64,000 nucleotides of DNA, from the NCBI RefSeq assembly GCF_037042905.1, contig NC_087250.1, positions 5,086,001-5,150,000 of the forward strand, in the 5' to 3' direction. Below, one piece after another: positions 26,196 through 39,539 of the stretch. The position numbers were made by a program, and so were the translations under genes. Positions within the stretch are counted from its first letter, which is position 1. Every line of letters starts with the position of its first letter. The DNA is from Lytechinus pictus. Its lineage: Eukaryota. Below the pieces are notes generated by a model. It worked only from the letters and a program-made list of their open reading frames with translations, ran no database searches and was not told where the DNA came from.

Positions 26196-27540
26196 GGACC
26201 CCGTCTGACAAAGAGTTGCGATTGATCCAATCAACCAGACCTATGGAAAGCCAGTAACGCCAAGTATAACGCATGGTTGTTCAAAATATTTTGTAGATAT
26301 GCCGGGTATTAATGCGTTTATCATTTCTCTAAAACTCATTGTGATCCTTTTTGCCTACAAAGGACATTGTGACAATTTCCTGTCTAGTATTGACAGATTT
26401 CCATACAGTTCAGGTTGATCAGATCAATGGCAACTCTTTTTAAGACGGGATCCTGTATTCGGTTTTGCCGATACTAGTGCAGCATAATACTGCATGTTTA
26501 ACTATAAGGATAATAAATTATTGTAGCATTACACGATCAACTGTTAATCTTCAAATCGGCAACATTGATGTTTTGCTTCATTAAAAAAAGTTCATTAAAA
26601 AGTTAATGTATTGAAACCTTGGACGCCTCTCTACAAACAGTCTGCTGTTCTTGATGTGGTCAATTGCGAGTTTTTGCAATGCCACGCAGAACACATCTTA
26701 GAACACAGTAATTCTCTTGGGAATGTTCGTCGAATTACAAAGAACGTCGTCCATAGTCCAGGGCCCCGTCTTACAAAGAGATACGATTGATCAAATCAAT
26801 CGTAACTCTGTGGAAATCCACCAGTGTCATAATTTTTCTACAGGAAATTTGCAAAATGTAATTTGTAACCAAATGAGAACGTCCCAAATTGTCAAGCAAT
26901 CAATGAATTTATGGATATACATTCCTATGTATAGAATTTTTTTGAGCAAACATGCATTTCATATGTTGACTTTGCTGGCTTTCCATACTTGCGATTGATC
27001 GGATCAATCACAACTCTTTGTAAGACGGATGAAACTGCCGTTTAGATTCACAAAATTTCGACAAAGACTTCTTGGTTGTTCATTGTAATGAAGGGCATGT
27101 AAATTTTTTTTGTGTGTCACGGTGCAAAAAGACCCTATTAGTGGCTTGCAATGGTCAATAAATGACAAACCGCATTACGTCACAACAACGAATTCGCCCT
27201 CAACAGACCCATTGCAAATCATCGAAAATGACGAACGCTTTATATACGTCTCGGCCTCGTCTTACAACGAGTTACGATTGATGCAATCAACCACAACTAT
27301 GGAAAGCCTGCAACGTCAACATCCAAAACACACGTTTGTTCAAAACATTTTCTAGATATGACGTATATTTATACATTCATAGTATTCAGTGTACTTCACT
27401 TTATTGATAAGTCGTTTGTCCAGAGTCTGGGACGAAACTGCTGCTTTGATTTGTTATAAAGAAATAATTACGACATTGGTGGGATTCCAGATACTTGAGG
27501 TTTAATTTAATCAATCGTAAGTCTTTGCAAGACGGGACCC
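26196..27540. mobile_element. Three copies of a ~260-290 bp Harbinger-like MITE in the fucosyltransferase intron (26196-26453, 26761-27028, 27252-27540)
   Basis: Each has CCCGTCTTACAAAGAGTTGCGATTGATC-like and CTCTTTGTAAGACGG-like inverted ends. Confidence 0.8.
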
Positions 27541-28261
27541 AGGTGACGGTTCGTACGCCAGGGTGCCTCTTGCATTTTATTATTGTTTTAAACCGTCAAA
27601 CAGTAGCATAGAGATAGGGGGCCTTTGGGTGCTTGCCCCCCCCCCCAAAAAATAAAAAAATAGTAATAATAAATAATAAATAAATTAAATAAATAAATCA
27701 CAATCAGAAAAAAAAGAAAAGGAAAGAGAGAAGGGTGAGTCTGATATTTTGCTGTATATTATGTCAAAATATATCACGAAATTGGAATTTGCAATAAATA
27801 TCGAAAAATTCCCGCTCGCTTCGGTCGCTCGCAACTTTTATTCAATTTTGCCCGATACGCCATATCTGGCCCCCTCAAAAGTTTTGGGTCATTACGCCAC
27901 TTCCGTCAAATTTCAAACATTCAACTCGACTGACAATGTTAAGCAGTAGGTGAGTCATAAGTTATTGACCCCCCTTATGTCTTTGCTTTTATTATCATTG
28001 GGTGATTTCAAGTCCGGTGTTAGTGTTGGTGTTAGTGTTGGAAGCACAGTTTGGATTGGATTTCCTCGCTCCAAAACTTATTCTGAGTTTACAAAAATAA
28101 CCCAGACCACAATATTGACACCTCAACACCTTGTGAGAGACTTTTCAGGACTATCTCCCTTTTATGTTTGGTGTTACACTCGTGTAAACATTGCTATAAC
28201 ACCAACACCAAAGGGTCAACACTGAACTTGAAATCACACATTGTGCTCATATATTTTGCAG

Positions 28262-28772
28262 ACACATCTCAATTGATATGTACGGAAAGTGTGGCAATCT
28301 CAGCTGTCCTCCCGGGACTCAAGAATGCAACGAAAGACTGAAGCAGTATAAGTTCTACCTCGCTCTCGAAAACAGTGAATGCACGGACTATATCACCGAG
28401 AAGTTCTGGATCCAGGCCCTGGTTCGGGGTCTAGTCCCCATTGTGTATGGTCCTCAACGGAGCGACTATGAAAAGGTCGCACCTCCGAATTCCTTCATAC
28501 ACATCCAGGACTTCGCGACGACGAAGGAACTGGCAGCGTATTTGCAGAGGGTGGACGAAGACGACGCGCTGTATAACGCGTATTTCCAATGGAAGAAGGT
28601 TGGGTCCTTGAAACCTTACGGGACTGAACCGAGTATCTTTTGCCAGCTTGGGGATCGCTTGACAGCCGATGAGAGGGCGCTGCAGGCTGGGACATACGTG
28701 CCTTCTCCGCAGAAAGACTGGAAAGTCTGGTGGGGCCAATCGTGTAGAAGGCAGGGAGATACACCCGAGTAG
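28262..28772 (+). CDS. Alpha-1,3-fucosyltransferase (GT10 family), coding exon 2: GDP-fucose-binding C-terminal domain
   Basis: Acceptor ttttgcAG ends at 28261. The phase-2 join reads RLSR-HISIDMYGKCG in frame. Contains the signature YKFYLALENSECTDYITEKFW, plus VPIVYG, APPNSFIHIQDF and YNAYFQWK. Stop TAG at 28770-28772. Confidence 0.95.
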
Positions 28773-29291
28773 CTGTTCTCCTATTATTCAATTTTAAATC
28801 AGCCTTAATTACCGTGTGTGCATCAAATTATTTTTCATCAAAGTGGTGGATTGAGTATATTTTTTACAAAATATTTATTGTCTGCGAAGCATTAAATTGG
28901 AAACTGGGGGAGGTAGTAAGGATTGTCGAGTTCACACGGCCCGTATTCTGACGTCAAGTTTAACTTAGACCTCGGTCTAACTGTATCTAACAGATATCAA
29001 CATCTCCTTACATTCATGACCTAATATATAATCATGTTTCTCATGTTTACTGTATTATTTCCTTATAATAATTCAATTTTGAAAAACATTGTATCAGTTT
29101 TCATGCACATACGGTTGTGAGTAAATGGAGTGTTAAATAAGTTAATAGATGATATCAGTAATCTTAGAGGTTTGTGTCGCTAATAGCCATTCATAGTTAA
29201 AGCCACAAATGTAGACGAGAGATTAAGTTAAACCCGACTGTTAGAGGCTTATGTCGCGATTGGCCATCCATAGAAAAAAAATCACATTTTA

Positions 29292-29513
29292 CACTCTAAA
29301 AACAGAGAACTAAATTTTACCCAATATTGGGTAAAAAGGGAACATGCATTTTTGCTGGGTAAGTTTTTCCCCAATATTGGTCAAAATGCATGTTTGAAGG
29401 GTAAATTTCAACGCAACATTGCGTAAAATTTACAAAATATTTGGTATCTATTTACCCAGCAAACATGCATGTTCCCATTTCACCCAATATTGGGTAAACT
29501 TTTTTTTAGAGAG
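29292..29513. mobile_element. Palindromic MITE, CACTC terminus
   Basis: CACTCTAAAAA..TTTTACCCAATATTGGGTAAAA..GAACATGCAT is mirrored by ATGCATGTTC..CCCAATATTGGGTAAA..TTTTTAGAGAG. Confidence 0.75.
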
Positions 29514-31094
29514 TTTAAATTAAGCCTGTGTTCATACTACAGTCGATTGGCTGGTATTTTACATGCTTCCATTGATGTTTGTTTATATTTGCCTTTATGA
29601 TTAGGCCTTCATACTGCAATATGTAAACATGATAATGCTAGGAGTCCACTGGGCGGCGCCAGTTCGCGTCAATGCAAATCGGCTGTGGCCCCTTCTGTCG
29701 TCAATAAGGTGCCCAAGTGGCGTACAGTGGCTCAAACTGGCGCGTGGTGGTCCGTAACGGCGCCAAAATTTGAATTTGGAGCGACAAAAATTTCAAACAT
29801 TTTGAAGCTGGACTCCAAGCATAACTGACCAATTTGACCATGTGGTGGCAAAAATGCAGCAAATCTATTTTTATGTAATACGACCGGAAGAAAAGGGTAG
29901 TCTTTGGAACAATCATGAATTTTGCATTGATTTTATTATCTTCGTTATGAATGTTAAGAAGGTGAAAAGTAATGCATTCCATGGATGTGTGAAATAAATC
30001 TTGTTTATTCTGTATTAAAACCAACGCTTGGTTTTCAGAATACATTATATTTATGTTTCCATTCCGTAATGCGTAAATTGCTACAGTGGTGTAACTTTTC
30101 CATGAGTATATGTTTGTTGAGGTTAAGTGCAATAGTCTACAACGCTGAAATCCTAGAAATATGCCTTCAATTATTTATTTAGAATTTTTTTTAAAAATAA
30201 TCTTTCTTAGTGTATATTTTGCTATTTGCGATTTTATATAGGGATACCAATTATTAATTAGAGTGTTGGCTAAAACAGAATCGGAAATTATACGCATAGG
30301 ATACTCTAAAGCCTAGTTAGATGTAGATGTTGACATCATATTCAGAAAATAATATATTTCACTTTGTTTTCGGGGGGGGGGGTCTTGGTCCTGAAACTTT
30401 CTCATCATTTAGATTTTCATTTGTATCAAAAAGGTCTAATTTTTTGCTCGCTCGCATGATGACCTCGCAGCGTTTCAAAATTTTGGTCCCGTACGCAATG
30501 TCTCCTCCAATCCTTTTCCTCATTAAGCCACTGATCAAAACGCTCAGTTTACTCCGGTGTTAAATTTACAGTGTTACAGTGTTTGTCGTTACTTTAACGC
30601 TCTCTGGAATCTTTTCAAATCGTTAGACCGTCTCGAGTTAGAAGCACCGAAATATATTTTCAAACGTAATAAAAAAATAATCTTGTTAAACTGAGGTTCT
30701 ACGCGACGATAAGTTGGTTTGATAAAAGCAGAACAATTTGAGCACAGTATTTAGTGAATGTTTGGTGAAAATCCTAGGTATGAAGTTTTAATTTGTGAAA
30801 ATTTGTGACGTCATTTGATAGCCGCTTCCCATTATATCGTGTATTATAAATTCTATAAATTCCATTTTTGATACAGTAGAAGATTAATAATTGTCTCTTA
30901 TATAACATGACATGGAATGACGTGTCTGATGATACATTCACCACACAGAAAATATCTTTTTTTTCTTAGAAAATTGCATTATTTAGAAATTATATCAAAC
31001 GAAACATAAAAGAGCTGCCCGTCCGCGACGTCACAATTCATAATTCCGATATTCCTAGACAGATCTTCCTCGAAGCTACACTAATGCGAAGGTT

Positions 31095-31098
<4 letters not shown>

Positions 31099-31175
<77 letters not shown>
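31099..31175. repeat. (TA)n microsatellite
   Basis: Uninterrupted TA run. Confidence 0.98.
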
Positions 31176-31180
<5 letters not shown>

Positions 31181-33188
31181 ATATATTTATATTCATACTG
31201 TTTTTATTGAAACCAACGTGTTGTCCGGGTAAGCATCCTCTTTACGGGTGTTTCGACGTATCAAGTTTTTAAATAAATATGTATGTCTGAATCATGCACA
31301 TATCCGGGAATCTATGATATGTAACTAACGTTTGTGCAATATTGTCTGAAATATTTTTAACTGATCAAAAATCAGTAAAACGTGACTTGTTCTCACTTCT
31401 GGTTTTGTTTTATTCTGACTAATGAATCACAGTCACCATCTTCGTTAACTAAACTGGGTTGAATATACTGCCCCGCCTGTATGATAATGGACTTGGTATG
31501 AATACTTGGCATAGTTTAATTGTCCCTGAAATGTATATTATTATGCCTATCACTTTGGTGATAGGAAATATAACACGCAATATATAGCTGGCGAACCGAT
31601 TAGTGAAATGGCGGGACACCGAGATACTATAGATGCGTTTAAATTAGAATTTAATCGCAACCGAGAGTTTGCCTGTTATCGTTGAGTAACATTGTTTTTA
31701 TTCATTGAACGATAAGTATCGCAAAGTCAGTAGATAAGACAGTGATATTTGGTGAGTGGGAAAATAATATAGGGAATAAACACATGTAATTATGAGAACT
31801 ATCTGCTCAAACAGATATTGGAAATATTTTGTAATTTTTGAGTGTCTTGTTATATATTTTGTATACGCTGCGGCTGGTGTGTATTCTGAATTCAGTTTTC
31901 ATTCCAGCAATGTTTTAACTTTGTGGTTAAGTATGGAGAGCCAAAAACATATTAAAAATGTCTAAATTATATCATTTGTATTGTTACTGTTCTCTTTATT
32001 CATAATTTAATGACGAAGAAAACTATAATTTTACTTATTTAAAGACAGTAATAAAACGAGCTGATTAATTTGAGTAATATAAGTCCTACAGTGCGAATAA
32101 AATTGTTATATAATCCATTATGCGAACATACTCTGATCACACTGTTTTTTTCAAGTAGGGCACTCTCACTTACAATACGCGCACACCCAATCCAACTCTT
32201 TTCACACCTCCTATACACACGGATACATTTAATATACAAACACACACCCACACACACACACTACACGCTTACATTCGCGCACACGCCCCAAAATAACACA
32301 TTAGTATTATGTATTCGCATCCTGTACTACAGGGAAACATCGAACAAACACACGCATACACAGTAACACACCCCCAACGTAGTTCATGATCTATCATATA
32401 CCAAGGTTGCACTAAAGAGTCGGAAATATGCATAACAGAAACAAAAAACAAAAAACAAGAGTCATCATGTATAGTTAGTTTCAAAGTCAACGTAATCACA
32501 TTTAATTGATTTGTAAACAGTTGAAACGAAATAAATCAGAAGGCCTGCAATAAAAGCAATAATGTATACATTCCCTAGACGTAATTACAGAATATTATAT
32601 ATATTTGCATTTTGAATTTCCCTCCCCGGCTATTCTTATCTGTTTGTCGTATCCTTCTTATCTTTTCTCCCATCACGTACCATAAAATAAACAAACCAAG
32701 CTCTTTACATGTCATAAATTGATAATAATGATTTAGATTTAGATGAGATCAAGATTCATTTATTTCCGTTCAACAAAATTTTCAAAATATAATCAAAGTA
32801 GCAATACATATTCAATATAATACAGACAGATCAATGACATTTCGTAACAAAATAATACTGAAGATAAATTAAACAAAACTAAAGTGAGCTGCAATTATTT
32901 TATCTATGAAAAGAATGTAGAAATGAACTTGCCAAGAAATGACTGGCCAAGAAAAGCAAAGCTTGTATAAAAGGCAAGTCCCTGAACTTAGTTTCAATAC
33001 TAATTATAAACAAACTATATATACAACTATACACGGAAGACGAGCTTAACACAAGTAATCTACAAATATGAAAATAAAGCGAATAGGCGACAACAAAAAT
33101 AAGAGAAAGTCATGAAAGTAGTTCAATAGTTGGATTTAAAAAGCTGTGTAAAGCGCTATTTGTGGCATAAAACAAGTTAAGGTTTGCA

Positions 33189-33408
33189 CACAGTAAAAAC
33201 GCTGTTTAAGATTTTATACAACGCTGTTTACTATATGAACCTTACAGTATTTGTTTAACCGTTTAAACAATCATGTTTAATTGATTGAAGATTAGATATT
33301 GAAAATTAAACTTTGTTGCTTAAGATTTAAACACTTGTTTAAACTGTTTAAACAATTACTGCAAGGTTCATATAGTAAACAGCGTTGTATAATTGTTTTT
33401 ATACTGTG
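33189..33408. mobile_element. Palindromic MITE, CACAG termini (same family as 54284-54513; decayed copies ~35725-35943 and ~58200-58430)
   Basis: CACAGTAAAAACGCTGTTTA ... ACAGCGTTGTATAA..ACTGTG. Confidence 0.8.
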
Positions 33409-33707
33409 AAGTTACACATCGGTGTTCAGATTCTTTTTGATAATTGTGTGAATGTGACAATATACTTCACAGGTAAGTGAAATTGACCCTTTCCCGTGGT
33501 TCATTACAGACCTATAGATTTTTTCAAATCGATTTGTAATGAAATACAGGATAACGTAATAGACCATGACCTCACACGTGATCTCACACGTGACCTAACA
33601 CGAAAATAAAAGAAACCCACCTGCCATCAGTATAGCAAGCCGAACAACAACTACAAGAGAGAATGATGGCGTCTCGCGCAAACCTCTGTCTCCACTACTA
33701 TAGACCA

Positions 33708-33864
33708 GGGTCCCGTAACACAAAGGTTGGCGATTGATCGCTTATTTAAAAGAACAATTCTGATTGGTTCATATTCAGCCTACTTAGCAAAATACGCATG
33801 CAACGAGAATCTTGATTGGTCATTCCATTTAACGATTAATCGCTAATCTTTGTGCTACGGCGCC
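33708..33864. mobile_element. Harbinger-like MITE
   Basis: GGTCCCGTAACACAAAGGTT ... AATCTTTGTGCTACGGCGCC, flanked by CAG. Confidence 0.7.
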
Positions 33865-34057
33865 CAGTTCGTAGTTACTTCATTTTGGTCAAATGACCTT
33901 TCATTCCTTATATTGTGATAAGTATCAAAGCAAGATATTAGGTAAACATGCCTTAAATAGCAGGATGGAGAAATTGAATAGACCGGGTGAATAGAATAGC
34001 ACACCAATAAACACGATATGAAGTTATTTGTTGCATTTTGGGGCAGTCGCCCCCCCC

Positions 34058-34088
<31 letters not shown>

Positions 34089-35965
34089 GCTCCCCAAAAA
34101 ATAAAAGAAGAGGAAAAGGAGAAAAAGAAAAAGCAAAATGAGAAAAGAGAAGAAAGGTATAGCTTTGTTGCTTTTATCTTCTCTTTTTTTGGCAAAAGAA
34201 TTTAAAAAATCTAAACGAAACGTAGATCTTCTCTTTTCATACAAAAAAAATTTCCGCGCTCCGCGCGGGAAAAATATCGAAATCGCTAGTCCCTTTTGTT
34301 TCCCCACTCTATTTTCTTCTCCGTTTTTCCCCTTCCCGGCTGTGGGAATCGTATATTCTTGCCGGAAATTATAAATTGTACATGGGTGTAAATAGTATGA
34401 AAAGTATTTTTTATTATTACATTGACACAAAAAGTCGGCTCTTCTGTTCGGAGCGGGTAAACATTACCGTCACTTCCCCACTCCCCAAATGATATTTCTT
34501 TCGCTTTTCAGCAAGTCATTTTGGCAAGGTATATCTGCTCAAAGGGGGAGGCATTAAAATCAATTCGTGCCGTGCTATATGCAAAAGGAGTATAAACTTT
34601 ATTCTATATCGCTGCACATCCATCTCCTGTCTTGATTTGTGCCATTGATTTAATTTTGTTAATATCACTGAAGTTTCTTAATCAAACCAAAGGAAGCGAA
34701 ATTACACAATTTTTTTCTTCAAAAATAGATCACAAAGGTTTCCGTGCTTTGCGAGCATGGGGGCGCTAATAATTTCTTTCGAAAACAGTTTTCTTTTAAT
34801 CACAGCAAGTCAATTGAACTCGAGTTAGTAAGGGTACTAGAGACGCAGAAAACGTCGTCTTCTTTTGCTTTGAATTTGATGAGACATCAAAATCTTCGCG
34901 CTTTGCGGGAATAAATAATTTTCCGTGCATAACATATAACCGTCTTCTACTCTGTTTTGCGACTTGAGTTAACGAAATTTATATAAAATCTGATGCGACC
35001 AAATTAGGCATTTTATACCACAGGTTCTCAGTTTTATGGAACGTTTCAGCTTCCGCGCTCCGCGCGGTAAGAGGAATCATTTCAAATTCTTCAATCTTAT
35101 TTCAAATCTTCAAGCTCATAATTTCTTTTGAAAACAAGTTTGAATTCGAGTTGATAAGGGTACTAGAGACGCAAGAGGCGCCTTCTTTTTATTTGAATTT
35201 GATGATCCCTGCACCCTCCCCCTAGGGAGCCGCGAAGGGAGCGCGCTTCGCCCGCTCTGTAAGTGTTGGCACCTATGGTTGGCACGCTTCGCCTGCACTT
35301 ACCGCCCCCTCCAAAATTAAATCCTGGCTACGCGGTTTCATGTAAAGTATGAAATATTTCAGATAAAATTTTATTATCTGTAAATATAGCAAAGTTCCAT
35401 CGTGGCAACCTTTTGTGATTCAATAAATACATTCACTTTTAAGTCAAATCGACAAAAAATGAAGTATTCTATTAATCAAATAATGAAATATAAATGAAAT
35501 AGTTAGTGTGTGAAAATAAACATATCTATCATTTGCATATCACATGTGTTGTGCGTGTAAAGTACGATGCATAAATGTTTTGTGACAATACACAAAACCT
35601 ATTGACGTCCTAAGTCGTTTTTATTTAACATCCGATTTTGAGGTAACGTTTAGTTAAAAAAAAAAAATCGATTTTACTTTATTTATGCAAATATTTTTTG
35701 TAGCAGTGGTGGATTAGAATTACATAGTAAAAACACAATTTTTTTACACAACGTTCTTTACTGTTTGAACCTTGCAGTAGTTGTTTGACAGAGTTTAAAC
35801 AACCATGCTTTATTTAGTGAGAAATAAATATTTAAAATCAAGATTTGTTGTTTAATTTTCAAACACTTGTTTAAACCCTTTAAATAGTTACTGTAATATT
35901 CATACAGTATTGTTTGAACAATTCTAAGCAGATTTTTTAGTGTATAAAGTTTAAATACAGTTTAT

Positions 35966-36075
35966 GATAATAATAATATGCAACATTTATGAAGCGCTTA
36001 ATACAAATGTTTCTAGTGCTGCATATTATTACTCCGGCTTTAGCACGGCTACCCTGATCGGGCGGTCGAGCATTC
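35966..36075 (-). mobile_element. SINE 3' fragment (tail type shared with the 16576 copy)
   Basis: Reverse complement reads GATCAGGGTAGCCGTGCTAAAGCCGGAGTAATAATATGCAGCACTAGAAACATTTGTATTAAGCGCTTCATAAATGTTGCATATTATTATT. Confidence 0.75.
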
Positions 36076-36416
36076 GCGTATCAGTACCCTCGAGTATACC
36101 CTCGCCACTATACAGATCGAACAAGTAAGTCAAGCTGCTAAGATATATCTGTCACGTCTATCTGTAGAAAATAAGATTAAATTTATTTGATGAATTGTTC
36201 GATTTAACGAACAAAACTTCTTATGCCCCGTCCATATTAAGTATTTCATATGTACATGTTTATACCTTAAGCACGAAATAAAAATGAAATATTCAGGGCT
36301 TCCTCAATACCACCATTACTAAGATTGAATGATAAGGGGGAAACTTGAGGAAGAAAAGACAAATATGAACTTGAAAGGTTGAAAAAAAATACTCAATGAC
36401 CACTAAGCATGTTTAA

Positions 36417-37010
36417 AGGTCAAGTCCACCAAATAAAATGTTGATTTGAATAAATAGAGAAAGATCAAGCTAGCATAACGCTGAAAATTTCATCAAAATC
36501 GGATGTAAAATAAGAAAGTTTGGACAGTTTAAAGTTTCACTTTATATTTCGCAAGATAGTGATATGCATAATTCAGTGACATGCAAATGAGAGAGTCGAT
36601 GGTGTCCTTCACTCACCTTTTCGTGTGTTTATTTATATATTTACATCTAAATGTTATTCTTTTTTACATATTGGACAATAAGGACCAACTTAACTGAACC
36701 ACGTAAAACTAAACAATTATAATTTCACATGTTTAGGAAGGAATTAATCGTTGTTTCACTTGATAATGAGGAGAAAATTAGAATATTTCATATTTCATAT
36801 AATACAATACAAAACAAATAGTGAGTGGATAACGTCATTAGTCTCCTCATTTGCATACCAACCAGGATGTGCATTTGTGAAATTAAGCAAAAGTTTAAAA
36901 CATCACAACTTTCTTATTCTACATCCAATTTTGATGACATTTTCAGTGTTATGCTTGCTAGATTTTTTCTATTTTATTCTGATTAACTTTTGTTGGGGTG
37001 GAATTGTTCT
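36417..37010. mobile_element. Kolobok-type MITE, family A (more diverged copy)
   Basis: TTAA|AGGTCAAGTCCACC ... GGGGTGGAATTGTTCT|TTAA. Confidence 0.82.
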
Positions 37011-37014
37011 TTAA

Positions 37015-37595
37015 AGGGATGGTCCAGGGTGAAAGTTTTTATAGCTTAATAAATAAAGTAGAATTCACTGAGCAAAATGCCGAAAATTTCATCAAAATCG
37101 GATAACAAATAACAAAGTTATTGAATTTTAAAATTCAGCAATATTTTGTGAAAACAGTCATCATGAATATTTATTAGGTGGGCTGATGATGTCGCATCCA
37201 TACTTTTCTTTTGTATTTTATTATATGAAATTAGGTTTACTCAATTTTTTTCCTCCAAGAACTAAAAAAATTGGATTGACAACTGATTTAGTGAATTAGA
37301 TATTTATTGCTGCAAGTTATTTCATTATAAGGGAGACATATTATTCACACAAGTATGAAATAATGAACAAAATATGATTTTATGTAATAGCATAAGAAAA
37401 CGGAAAGTGAGGATGTGACATCATCAGCCCACCTAATGAATATTCATGACGACTGTTTTCACAAAATATTGCTAAACTTTAAACTTCAATAACTTAATTA
37501 TTTGTTTTCCAATTTTGATGAAGTTTTCAGCATTTTGCTCTGTGAATTTTACTTCATTTATTTAAATATAAACATTTTCAGCCCGGACCATCCCT
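37015..37595. mobile_element. Kolobok-type MITE with long (~190 bp) inverted arms
   Basis: TTAA|AGGGATGGTCCAGGGTGAAA ... TTTCAGCCCGGACCATCCCT|TTAA; the arms include GTCATCATGAATATTTATTAGGTGGGCTGATGATGTC and its mirror. Confidence 0.88.
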
Positions 37596-37999
37596 TTAAG
37601 ATTGAGATGTCATATATTACTGAAATATAATTCACGTCATTGGCCTTTTACCAAAGTTACACAGAGGCTTTAATAAATGAATTCTACTGCACAACTCATG
37701 TATATACTATCTGTGGTAGGTCCATTATACTATGTAGTTATTATGGTGCAGAATATGAGGCATGGTAGATTATTTAGCAACATAAGAAGAAAGAACGAAA
37801 AGGAGGAGATATAAAGAAAGGAGGAAAAGGAATAAAAGGTATATTACATAAAAGGGGGAGAAAGAAAATATTAACGAAAACGCTAAAGAAAGAATGTACA
37901 ATGAACAAAGAAAATGTAAAACGTGAAAAGGGGCACAAGAAAGAAAGGAACATGAGGAATAACAAAAATATCATAAAAAGGATTAAAACATCGTACTTA

Positions 38000-38042
<43 letters not shown>

Positions 38043-38819
38043 GAAAAAAGAAGAAAGAAAGAAAGAAAAAAAAAAGAGAATAAAAAAAATACATAAATAA
38101 ATAAAGAATGGCACAAAGAAATACACAAAAAAATAAACATAAATTAAACAGCAAAAATAAGTAAGAAAGCAAGAAAAAACAGATATGAACGAAAGGAAGA
38201 ATAACGGAAGAACGGAGAAAAGAAGGGGGAAAGGGGGAAAGAGAGAGAGGTCGGGGAAAATCTAAAGTGCTTCACGAATAAGTGTGTCTGAACTTTGGAA
38301 AGTTGCACACCAAGCAAAAAACCGATGGAATGATCCCGATGATGAAAATAACAAGGCGATGTGGATTTAGCGAGGATTTATGACAAGTTCACCTTTAAAC
38401 CCTGTCAAGTTCAGAACAGCTTTTCACGAAGAGTCGTGTCAGCGACCCTCGCTGATGAATTGTTATAAGCTACGGAAATCCTTGCATTTGATTGGCTAAT
38501 GGTGGACGTGTCGTTAAAATGCGCCGACAAGGCGTTTCATGAAATATGCCCAGATGGGACATGGAGCTATACAGCGAGCACGAACCGTATGCCTCGCAAT
38601 CATGTCCGAAAAATGACTACAAAAGCAGAGTTGTTTATTAAAAAAAGGCTCTAAAACCCCTTTTCCAACTTTCAGAGGAATCCAATTATTGCCACGATCC
38701 TAGACCTGTGGAATTAATTGATAAACACAACATTAAATTGCCTTTGCACTGTTAAATTTGAGTCTTTCATATTCAGTGTAACATTTTCACACTTTGACAG
38801 GATCACATATTCATTATGC

Positions 38820-39539
38820 GAACACACAGTCACATACTGTTAACACATTATGAACAAACTGTTAACACAATTTGTGACACTACGTCCGTGATGTTACGTG
38901 TATGCCTAATGTAGCTCCCATACATAACCCACATGGGGATATTTTTCAAAATTGAACTTAACGCCTTTTAGAAGCAGTCCTATACATTCTTCAAGAATGA
39001 TCTTAACTTACGATGATATCTTACAGTCACATACTGTAAACACATTATGAACATACTGTTAACACAATGTGGACGCTATGTCCGTGATGTTACGTGTATG
39101 CCTAATGTAGCTCCCATACATAACCCACGCGGAGATATTTATCAAAATTGAACTTACTAGAAGCAGTCCTATACATTCTTCAAGAATGATCTTAACTTAC
39201 GATGATCTCTTACATTCACATACTGTAAACACATTCTGAACATACTGTTAACACAATGTGTGACGCTATGTCCACGATGTTACGTGTATGCCTAATGTAG
39301 CTCCCATACATAACCCACGCGGAGATATTTATCAAAATTGAACTTACTAGAAGCAGTCCTATACATTCTTCAAGAATGATCTTAACTTACGATGATATCT
39401 TACAGTCACATACTGTAAACACATTCTGAACATACTGTTAACACAATGTGTGACGCTATGTCCATGATGTTACGTGTATGCCTAATGTAGCTCCCATACA
39501 TAACCCACGCGGAGATATTTATCAAAATTGAACTTACTA
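38820..39539. repeat. Satellite array, ~190 bp unit, left part (~4 units)
   Basis: GAAGCAGTCCTATACATTCTTCAAGAATGATCTTAACTTACGATGAT recurs at 38971, 39160 and 39350. Confidence 0.93.
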
